Part shown: piece after piece, positions 38,024 to 48,700 of the stretch
How positions within the stretch are numbered: position 1 is the first letter of the stretch
How the letters are laid out: every line of letters begins with the position of its first letter
Assembly (NCBI GenBank): GCA_043228905.1
Contig: JBHGNT010000018.1
Coordinates: 1,364,001 to 1,428,000, forward strand
Direction: 5' to 3'
Source of the DNA: Azolla caroliniana
Lineage: Eukaryota; Plantae; Polypodiophyta
Length of the DNA stretch: 64,000 bases
Notes under the pieces: model-generated
What the model saw: the letters and a program-made list of their open reading frames with translations, nothing else
The model's database searches: none
What the model was told of the DNA's origin: nothing
Translations under genes and position numbers: made by a program

Positions 38024-40175
38024 CTACAATTAGCAATTACCATGTTCTCTTGTAAAACAAACATGTATTTCGCAAAAACAGTTAAATAAATTCGTTTGAG
38101 AATCAATTTCTTGTATACATTCTACTTTCTGTGCTTCTTTCTCAATAAAATCATGTCTTTTTTGTTAAGTTTTAAGTTATAAGTTATAGCTAAATAATCA
38201 TCAGTAACTAATTAGTTGTACAAATGCAGCTAATTAGTTGTCAATAGCTAAATAGTCATCAATAGCATGAAATCAACAATCTACAACATATTCCTCAAAT
38301 TACATAGTAGATAAGTACAGTGGGAACAAGTAATTAAATTCTTCATTGAATAATGTCATCTCTTTACATATTTATAAATTACCATTGGAAATGTCTACAA
38401 ATCTCCTATAAACAGCTAAGCTCTTGCTAGTTAGTGGAACGAGTCTACATATATTATCCGCATATCGAGCTCGGTATGGAGTCCACAACCATGCACCCAG
38501 TTGGCAGCTCATTGTTTGCACCAGGTACTGTTCAGGCATTTCCTCGGGTAGAATGAGACAACATCTTCGAATATTGAAGTAGTGCCGGAAATGTTCTGTA
38601 TCCAAAATCAATGTGTTCTCGGCATTATATTCAGGCCAAGTAGCCCAAAAATCAGAAAGTCTCTTGAATCTTGCAGCTTCCATTTGCTCACAATTTTCTC
38701 GTGCCCATTGACCTTTAAAACGACTTCGCCATTTTGGGAAGAATCTTGCTAAACACTTCCACACATCTGATTTTGGTTTTTCACTCCAAATAAACAAATC
38801 AAAGTATTGCACAGCCCACTCTAGAAACTGATTCGTGTCCCTCCTTGGCTGCATATATCTCACACTCATCAAGACTTTATCAAGCTTCAAGATCCAGGCT
38901 CTTCTTTCAACTTCTAGTGGTTTAGGTTTCCATTCCTGAAACTAAGCCGCTGTTACACCATTTTCTGGTAGGACACGATCAATCTCAATCAGCTCAGGTT
39001 CGGCCGACACAACTGGCGTCCTTTTCCTCTTCAAACCCCTAGTCGACTGTGTTGGGCCTTGGATTACCTCGGTGCATGTAGCTACTGATATGCTCGATAT
39101 CAGTCCACTGGTATCACATGTTGCATCTACCTGCAACACCAAGTCATCCATGCAACATGTTGCATCTACCTGCAACACCAAGTCATCCGTGCAACATGCT
39201 GCATCTACCTGCAACACCAAGTCATCCGTGCAACATGCTTGATCAACTTGTGTGACCAGATCACTTGTGTCAGTTGCCACATCTACTTTCAAGATGGGGC
39301 CCTTTAAACACGCTGCAACATCAACAGTATCCACACTGCCATTGGCCTTACGAGCAATAGAATCAAACCCTTTAGACTCAGCAACATCATAAAACACCAA
39401 CATATTCAGACTCACAAAGTAACTAACAGTCTCACAAAACAACATCCTGAACATCAAAGAGTTTCAGTCATAGAACAACACTCTTCAAATTATCTTGGAA
39501 AAACATCATAGAGTTCCATTACATAATGTGGATCATGCAACAACCAATCTGAGGTTTTACTTGTCCAATAGGATAGTAAAACTTCATAAAACCCTAGCAA
39601 AATCCCTAAGCTAACAATCATATCCAACTAACAGTATTTCGCTCCACTACGTCTGGGCCCCTTGATCGAGTAACTGGTCTTGTTCCCGATCATGGCCCCT
39701 TCTTCAGCCTTTTTCTGGTCGGTTCCCCATTTAGCCTTGCTTCTTTCACCCAATGCGCAAGTGTGTCCTCCTCCGACAACCTTCCCATCGCCTCAGCAGC
39801 TAATTGCACATCAGTCGTATCTTGAACTAGCTTTTCAAGTACAGAGGGATCTGTTTGGACATTTTCAGTAGTTGGGCTCGGTGGGGTGGAATCAAGGTCT
39901 TGAGATTCGAAGAAATGTTGCATCAAGTGTTCATAAACATGTTGTTGTGAACCTCAGTTTTACATGTTGTTTCCACTATTTCATGGCATTTCACATCGTT
40001 GCCTAATTCAGTACACAGTTCCAAAAGAATAGGGTGAAGCTTATCTGAAGGAGATGTGATAGCAGGACTCTTACTTTCAGCCACGTTGGCAACAGTATCC
40101 TCATCTGTTGCAGCGTCATCAGCACCAGACACATCATGTGCCGTCCTTAATCCACAAGATTCTACAATAACATGG

Positions 40176-41210
40176 CAGCTATTTAGGATAACTAATTAGC
40201 TACTTTACTAAACTATGGTTGAAGCTAGGATAGCTAATTAGCTAGTACGATAGCTAATTAGCTACTTTACTCAACTATGGTAGTAGCTAGGATAGCTAAT
40301 TAGCTACTTTACTCAACTATGGTAGTAGCTAGGATAGCTAATTAACTACTTTACTCAACTATGGTAGTAGCTAGGATAGCTAATTAGCTACTTTACTCAA
40401 CTATGGTAGTAGCTAGGATAGCTAATTAGCTACTTTTCTCAACCATGGTGATAGCTAGGATAGCTAATTAGCTACAATGATAGCTAATTAGCTACTTTCT
40501 CAACTATGTAGTAGCTAGGATAGCTTATTAGCTACTAGGATAGCTAATTAGTTGCCAGTAGCTAATTAGCTACTAGGATAGCTTATTAGCTACTTTACAC
40601 AACTATGGCAGTAGCTAATTAGCTAGTAGGATAGCTAATTAGCTACTAGGATAGCTAATTAGCTACTTTCTCAACTATGTAGTAGCTAGGATAGCTTATT
40701 AGCTACTTTACACAACTATGGCAGTAACTAATTAGCTACTAGGATAGTTAATTAGCTAGTAAAATAGCTAATTAGCTACTAGGATAACTAAATAGTTGCC
40801 AATAGCTAATTAGCTAGTAGGATAGCTAATTAGCTTTTTTACACAACTATGGCACTAGCGAATTAGCTAGTACCATAGCTAATTAGCTAGTAGCTCATTA
40901 GCTGCCAATAGCTAATTAGCTACTTTACACAACTATGGTACTAGCTAATTAGCTATTAGTAGCTAACTAGCTGCCAGTAGCTAATTAGTTGCCAGTAGGA
41001 TAGCTAATTAGCTAGTAGCTAACTAGCTGCCACTTAGCTAATTAACTACTGTAGTAAACTATGGCAGTAGCTAATTAGCTAATAGGATAGCTATTAGCTG
41101 CTTTAATCAACTATGGTAGTAGCTAATTAGCTACAACGATAGCAACAAAATAGTTTCCATACTTTTTACGGCTTAGCTAATTAGAAAAGACTAAGCTTAT
41201 TAGCTACAGT
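40176..41210. repeat. Second intronic TAGCTAATTAGCTA array (20-bp and 42-bp units)
   Basis: GATAGCTAATTAGCTACTTTACTCAACTATGGTAGTAGCTAG at 42-bp spacing (40249, 40291, 40333...) mixed with shorter units. Confidence 0.95.
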
Positions 41211-42549
41211 ATGGTATACCTGTTAGTTTTCTCCACTCATTTGGTAGAGTTGTACTGCAATCTCCCAAACAGAATGCAGCAATTCGACAGGCATGTTGAT
41301 AAACAAAGAAGATGGTATGTGTGGTTGCATGGTTGTAGGTGAACCCTTAAAGACGTAGTTTTGTCCTCCACACCTAACCCATAAGCGATGCAACGTGCTT
41401 GAACTGTCAATAAATCATTTTCTTGTTCTCCTTCATTTGGTAAGGGAGCAAGAATGTTCAGGTCCAAATCCTGTCTGGTCCTTACCATTCCCGCCACAAA
41501 ATGTAGTTGCTTCTTAAGGCAGCTAACTACCTGTTCTTGATGAATGTATTGTTCCTTCAACGCAACAGAAAAATTTACCGATTAATTATTCCTGTCTGAG
41601 AAAGATACACCAACTTTGCTCAGGAATCGTTAACTTACTTGAAGCTTTTCCAAATTGTAATCTGCAACAGTATTTACACCTAGAAGGTCCAGGTTCATTG
41701 AAAGAACCCGAATCTCTATTTGCAGTTGTATTTTACGTTGGGGATCCAATGGCCCCTCTAATTCAAGCTCCTGTTGCGCAACCTATTCCAGATAATGCTT
41801 GATTAGCACATTTTACCCTTAAAGTTATTTATAACACAATCACATAGCAGCAAAACAATAGTTACCTGAATCTTATTTCTAATCGTTGTAACAGCGGAAG
41901 TAACTTTGCTCTCCATTGCAGAAGCCATTGTGGCTTTCTCTAAATCAGTCTTAAAAAATGCCAATGTCTCACAGGCTTCATGGACATTTTTTAGCATATA
42001 GCTAACCAATGTCTCACTTGTATCATCGACATTGGCTTTCCTTGGGTGTCGGTGTGGTGTATGCCCCCGGTTTTGCTGGGAGTCGGCAATTGCATCAACA
42101 GCTGCCATGCTCCAAAATCTGTCTATTTTTTGTGCCAAGGTCCCCATCTTTCGGCATCTTTTTACTGATGCCTCACCATAGACTGCCCAAGCTACCCTAT
42201 ACATTTCAGGGTCTCTGGATTTCTTCGTTGTTTTGCAGTACTCATATGCAAATGCTCTAGCAAATGAAACTGACAACTCATTGTTGACTGGGATCTCCTG
42301 ATGAACTTTCTAGTGTAGCCTCATGCAATCATCGTACAAGTCGGCTCGTACATGCTTCAACTTGACCTTGCCTTTGACTCTAGGCACTGTATATACTATC
42401 ATCCAGTCTACATCACTGATCAATTTATCACTTAGGACAACAGGGTCAACACCCTCGAGTGACAGACCATAGGTGTTGTGGAAGTCCTCCTTTGTCTCGC
42501 AAAATTTTGCGAAGTTTAGCACTCTCAGATACGGAGGAACGAGCCATCT

Positions 42550-43035
42550 GAAATATCATTTCAGAAATCAGAAATAGTGCAAAATCAGAATATGTCAGAA
42601 TCAGAAACCCAATCAACAACAACAAAAATAGTGCAAAATCTTTAACTTAGCAAATCAGAAACCCTAATCATAATTTGTATTCAGAAATTTGAAAGCAGAA
42701 ACCCTAATCAAAATCTGTAATCAGAAGTTTGAAATCAGAAACCCTAATCAAAATCTGTAATCAGAAGTTTGTAACCAGAAACCCTATTCATAAATTCTAA
42801 TTAGAAATTTATAATCAAAAACCCTAACCTGAAATTTCAATCAGAAACCCTAATCTGAAATTTCAATCAAAAACCCTAATCAGAAATTCTAAACAGAAAT
42901 TTATAAACCAAAACCCTATTCAGAAACTCTAATCTGTAATCAAAATTTGTAACCAGAAACCCTATTTAGAAATTCTAATAAAACATTTATAAACAAAAAC
43001 CCTAATTAGAAATTTCAATCAGAAACCCCAATCAT
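42550..43035 (+). repeat. Degenerate minisatellite rich in AAACCCTA (telo-box) and TCAGAAA, in a predicted intron
   Basis: About ten AAACCCTA(A/T) motifs spaced ~27-45 bp apart. Confidence 0.8.
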
Positions 43036-43790
43036 CACTAAAGACAGGATTAAACACAAAAAAAGTAATATAAACACACTTGCTGCTACTCCCCGATCTG
43101 CGAGACATCCTTGTATGGGACTCCAAGGACTTCGCCCTATTCGATTTTGGGGAAATATGAATCGGCACCAATGTTCAGACAGTAGTCAAAAAGAAAAAAC
43201 AAATGTTTGGGGTTTTTGTAACTGAAACATACCTGGACGATGATCGAGCGGGTTCTGTGTTGTAGCTCTCAATCTGCAATGTTGATTTTTTGTTGTTGCG
43301 GGAGCTACGTCTGCGTTCGTGCTCTAAGTACTCCATCTGCGTTCAAAATCAAACTTAGGCTAAACAGGCAATTGATGACATTGAAGTCGACCTTAGATGA
43401 TGGTGCTATTCCCCAAGTTTCACTACGTCTGAAACAGAAGTTCAAATATTTGAGTTTTTTCATAAATTAGTTTTTCAAATATTTGATTTTCCCACAAAAA
43501 AGACTAGCTAAACAAATAGCTAATTAGCTATGGCCATTTTAGTAGCTAATTAGCTATAATAGTGTTTCCACTTGCATGCTTTTACCTAGTTGCATATCAA
43601 CTCCACCAACACTAGTAAATAAAAATATTTGACCTAGGAGGACAACAGTAAAATAAAATTGACGTCTTTCATATGCCCATGCTCACCATGCTGAAAATGG
43701 GATTGAATATTGAGAGGAAAATGAATATATGTGACTTGCCTCAATGTGTGGAATTCAGAGGTTGTATTGTACAATCATCAATGTAAATAA

Positions 43791-44008
43791 CAATACTAGG
43801 CATATCTTTTTAGAAATTCCTACATGGCTTTTGTAGGATTCCGAAAGATGACAAAACCATCACAAGTCTAGTATTGTAATATTAAACAATATTGGGCATA
43901 TCTTTTAAAAAATTCCTACAAGGCCTTTGTAGGATTCCGAAAGACGACAAAACCATCACAAATGTAGTATTGTATATAGCAATACTAGGCATATCTTTTG
44001 TAGGATTG
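43791..44008 (+). repeat. Tandem ~97-bp repeat, two copies plus partial
   Basis: CAATA(C/T)T(A/G)GGCATATCTTTT...TGTAGGATTCCGAAAGA at ~43791, ~43888 and ~43980. Confidence 0.8.
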
Positions 44009-44948
44009 CCATCTTGACCATAGACCAAGACTCAATGGAGACCCAAACAATGAACAAGGGTGCTTTATAAAAGTTCCATGTTGTCACTTGACATGAGTGT
44101 GCTTTATAATAATTGCTAGGCCCAAGGGTCATATTGGGGCATCATACCATATATTATTACCATATAATCGTTATCATCATCATCATCATCATCATCACCA
44201 TCATCTCCTTGTGAATTTTGGTGAAGATGATGTACTCCACATTTTGTGGAGTCAACATGTTGCAAAAATGTTATGAATTGTTGTCATACAAGGAGATTCG
44301 AAAAGGAAGAGTATAGACAAGCAAACATGTTTCCGCATTCAATGACAAACTGTCTTAAGCATACAATTGATCATAGTTAAGGACAAGGAAATGACTTCGC
44401 GAGATGAGCTCACCATACAACCAGACAATGAGCTTGCAAATGCGAAAGAAAGTGAATTGTCATGGCATATGCTTCTAGACCAACATTAAGGAATCCATAG
44501 ATTGACATTGGTGTTCTATGAAAATAATACAAAATCTTGTACAAGGCATTGTGCTATTCAATGAAGGATGATGTTTGTGTTTATCCATTCATACGAAGCC
44601 CCAACTTGAAAATTGCAGAATGTATCCAATTACTTGCACTAAATGGTGTACTTGAGAGTCAAAGGAGAGCTATAGACTGGATATGGATAGTCAGTCGTGA
44701 TACAAACATCATATAACTTTCACCACAGGACCCAACAACAAATTATGATCATATAAAGTAACCCTAAATGTTCACATATATGAACAACCCCATTACTAAA
44801 ATGCTCGAACAAAAGAGAAGTACCATATATATTCAAACTTTCTTTTCATCAATTGTACATTGTCATGAGATGAATTGATTGTGAGTCAAGTAGTGACTTA
44901 GAAAATATTGTTCAGAAGTAAAATGTGACAAATCCCAAATAAAAACAA

Positions 44949-45592
44949 TTACAAACTAGTGGAGAAACTAGAAGAGTTGCTATTCCAAGTAGGTCCATTT
45001 GAGGTAGATTCTAAGGTGTATTGGGGACCATGATTCAATATTGGTCGGTCGGGATGTGATACTAGCAACGGTAGGAGATGGCCTTCAATGAGAATGTGTC
45101 GGACATTTCTCATGCTTGGCCAACACTCCGCTTCCACGTGACAACAATTGAGTGCCACATGTATCACCCTCTCCACATCATCATCACTTTCTCAAACTCA
45201 TCATGTATGCCATGGGCGTCAAATTGCAACATACCAGGGTCAACTGAATCCATGAGATTGTCATTCATATGAAGGGTCCACATCCAATCCAACAAGTTCA
45301 TCTCTTGTGAACTGAGGTTAAAATCAAGAACACGCCTACCGCATGCAATCTTGAGGGCGAGGATCCCAAAACTATACACATCGGCTTTCTCCGTTGCTCA
45401 CCCCGTGTACACCAGCTCGGGTGCTATGTATCCCATCGTGCCTGCAGTCGTCATTGTCGCCCCCAATTTGTCACGTGACACTAGCCTCGCGAGACCAAAG
45501 TCCCCGAGCATTGGTTCCTCATCTTTATTCAACAGTACATTGGCTGCCTTTACATCTCAATGGATCACACACCCACCTAGACCTTCATGTAG
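44949..45592 (-). pseudogene. Second LecRK-like kinase C-lobe pseudogene, paralog of 11637-12580
   Basis: LHEGLGGCVIH*DVKAANVLL..GDFGLARLVSRDK..GTMGYIAPELVYTG*ATEKADVYSFG; stops and frameshift. Confidence 0.85.
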
Positions 45593-45713
45593 GTTTTTGC
45601 ATTGACACAACATGTTCCATTTCTCGTATTTACTAGTCAAGCCCCTCTGAATTATCATCTCCTTCTTACTTTTGTTGCAATTTGAGATGAATCATACTCC
45701 TTTTATTTCACGC

Positions 45714-48700
45714 TGTCGTGAAGATTTTCGTCCACGAGCGGAAACCCGAGCAACGAGAGCCAAAGAGCGATGTGCAATGTTGCACACGTATATAATGTAT
45801 TTGTAATAATAATAGGGGTAAAGGGTATGGTGCTAGAAATGCCCCATAAGATCCCTAAGGTATAAAGGCGATGTGGTCTTGTGTGCACATCCACGCGAGA
45901 GAGAGAGAGAGAGAGGTACTATGCGGTACATAGGTACCTAGTTGTTTGTGAGGAGGTGGGAGTTAAGGGGCCATCAATCTCACCCTCCCCCAAATCAAGG
46001 CAAATATCCCCTTTGAATGAAAGGGGATATTTTAGTCTCGTTTTTGTAAACGGTCTTCCCTCCTTGTGCTATAAAAGGAGAGGGAAGGCACCATTGTGAG
46101 GGTTGCCTATTTTGAGTGTGCGAGGTATACCACATAGGTCGAGCGTTAGGGTTAGGGTTAGGGTTTTCTTTGTCTTCTCTTCATCTTCGTCGGTTAGGGT
46201 TTTCGAGTAGTCGTTTGGTGCGGCCTACGCGGCCACCGTTTGTAATCGTTCATTTCGTTTTAATACATCTTGTTGTTCATCTTGTCTCCATCTCCCTCTT
46301 GTTCGATCTAGTCTCTTGTTCATTCTTCTTCTTCTTGAGCAAAGCTTCCATTCCGTGTCTGATTCCTTCTCCTCTACTCCTTAGTCCAAGACCCCCGTGG
46401 TCCCGCCCTTCTCCACGCACGCACGTAGCAACACGACATATTTGGTGAACCTGACGTGAAGAGGCGGCAAGGGAGGAAGGAGATGGAAGCCGAAGACATC
46501 GCGGAAGTAATTACGAGAATGGCAAGGGATTTCGCAAGAAGGAGAGAAAGACGGGAAGAGGCATACAAGTACGATCGACGCGAGTTCAATCTATGGGTGT
46601 CGTCGGCAAAGGCTCCTCGAAGCGCAATGAAGGCATTCCGGGAGTTCGATCTCTGGTTTTCCCAACTTTCGGTCCGGGATCAAGAATCGGTGGGGCGGAC
46701 AAGGTCCCACTATTCTTGAAGTCGGTCAACAAAAGGGGGAGAATGGCCATTTTTCCCTACCTCGAAGACGATGAAGGGGCGTACGGCCTCACCGAAGATT
46801 GGAACGAGGTGGAATGGGCGTGCATACAATGCGATGAGAGGCGGTCGGCCACAACGCGGCCCGCGAGCGGCGGAGAAGAGAGAGTGGCAACCGACTACGC
46901 ACTACCGCCGGAAGAGAGCTCAACGCAAATCGGTTCGGAGGAGCTCGACATCGAAGCCTTGGTACGGGAAGTGTACGAGATCGTAGAGGCACAAATCGAA
47001 GCCGAAGAAGGGCTTGTTGCGGAGTCGGGCCCGAGCGGATCGGAGGATGAGGAGGCCGAAAGAGAATGGTACATCGGTACCACGGGAGAAGGTGCAGAGC
47101 GAACCACCCTCTCGACATGCGGAGAAAGATCGACCGAGGACGAGGTCGGGGACGGTGAGGCGGCGATCGCCGGTTCGAGCGGACATGAGGGAGTTCGGGG
47201 GGAGTTCGGGCATGGAGGCCCGAAACATCGAGCGGGGAGAAGACGGGCGGTGGTGCCAGGACCTTACGCACACCAGGCCTAGAGACTCCGGCAACCGGCC
47301 CGAGAGCCGGTGTGAGACCTAGAGTGACGAGCGGTAGCGGCGGCAAGCTGGGCGACCACGATGGTGACATGGGAGAGGGTGCGGAAAGAGCGACTCTCTC
47401 GTCTTGCGGCGAATGGACGGCCATGGAGGCCGGTAACTACGGATTCGGGACGAGGCGGCTCGAAACATCGAGGGAGGAGGAGACAAGCGGCAGTGCCACG
47501 ACCTTACACACACTGGCCCTAGAGGCACCGGCGGTCGGCCCGATTGCCGACGTGAGACCTAGAGCGACGGGCGGTGGCGGCGGCAAGGCGGGCAACCAAG
47601 ACAACGGTAAGAAGACCGTGGAAGAGGAGGCGACAAGCGTAATTGATGCTTGCATATATGGAGGCGGGGTAGCCATGGACGACGATGTCCGAATGGAGGT
47701 GGCTACGGGCATAGCATCGATGAGCAGCGGTGTTGCTACCTTACACGCACCGGTTCAAGAGACCCCGGCAGCCAGCCCGAATGCCCGCGTGAGACCTAGG
47801 GTAACGAACGGTGGCGGCGGCAAGGCGGGCGACCACGGCGACGATGTGGGAGAGGGTGCGGAGCGAGCGACCCTCTCAATTTGCGGAAAGAGGACGGCCA
47901 TGGATGAGGCCGATATCTACGGAGCAATGGACGCCACTTCGAGAGTGGGCGAAAGTTTCGGGACGCGGTTGCCCGAAAGGTTCTACGAGGATTTCGCGAG
48001 CATACTCGAGGCTTGGGAAAGCGAGGAAGAAGAGGAGACGAGCGGAGGTGCCACGACCTTCCACACACCGGTCCTAGAGACTCCGGCAACCGGCCCGAGA
48101 GCCGATGTGAGACCTAGAGAGACGGACAGTGACGACGGCAAGGCGGGCAACCGAGACGACGAAGAGGAGGTTTGTAGCGGACGGAGGCGAGATCCCTCGA
48201 CACCGGGGTCGGAGACTTTGGCGGTTGCGCCCGAGCGCGGACATAAGACCGGAGAGATGGGCGGTGGCCGTGAGGATGAGAGGCCCGGAGTGGGCACGTG
48301 CGAAAAGGCCGAAGGAGAGGTCCGGAGCGGCATTGAGGAGCGAGTCGGGAACCGACCCGACCGAAAGATAAGCCGGTCGGTAATCCGACCCGACCGGGAG
48401 ACGGAGCGGAAGAAGAGTGAAGTGGGGGCCGGTAAACTGGGCACGAACCGAAGGAAGCCGGCAAGACCAGGATTGTTTGATCGATTCGTAGCCGGCCGGG
48501 TACGGTTACAGTGGGAGCCGGTGAGAGCGAGAAGGAGGCTAACCAGGCACGACGAGTACGGGTCGGTGAGAGGCCGAGAGCAAGAGGAGCCCTCCACACC
48601 TATGCTTGAGACTTCGGCGGTTGCAGATCAACGGAAGACCGAAGAGATGGCGGGTGGCGGCGAGGAGTTGGAAGACAATCCGGAATCGGGTACCAGAGTG

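Larger units (their letters stand above)
38372..43336 (-). pseudogene. Multi-exon accessory gene: unknown N-terminal domain, RING-like finger, acidic region, 13-aa repeats, NLS, FCP1/NIF-type HAD domain
   Basis: FLEWAVQYFDLFIWS..FKRLSDFW..YNAENTLILD (38372-38890); VLQVDAxCCTDDL repeats and GLKRKR (38942-39457); QPCNHTYHLLC plus CLGDC after a frameshift (~41230-41400); GT-AG intron 40162-41219 joins exons in frame; some stops. Start codon at 43336 tentative. Confidence 0.6.
33100..44140. mobile_element. Putative large DNA transposon: Sola2-like transposase plus convergent accessory gene; boundaries approximate
   Basis: Transposase on +, multi-exon gene on -, shared TAGCTAATTAGCTA motif throughout, and patches of inverted similarity (GGTGAAAGCATGTGAGTGGAAACA ~33639-33662 vs reverse complement of ~43563-43587; ACTTTCATAAAACAC ~33165 vs ~44060-44075). 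No clean TIR or TSD resolved. Confidence 0.55.

Noticed and set aside
42550-43035. Interstitial true telomere
   Set aside because: Motifs are isolated single telo-boxes in longer units, not contiguous telomeric repeats.
33155-44085. Exact GAG..GTC termini for the Sola2-like element
   Set aside because: Inverted similarity is weak and no TSD flanks these positions, so boundaries are left approximate.
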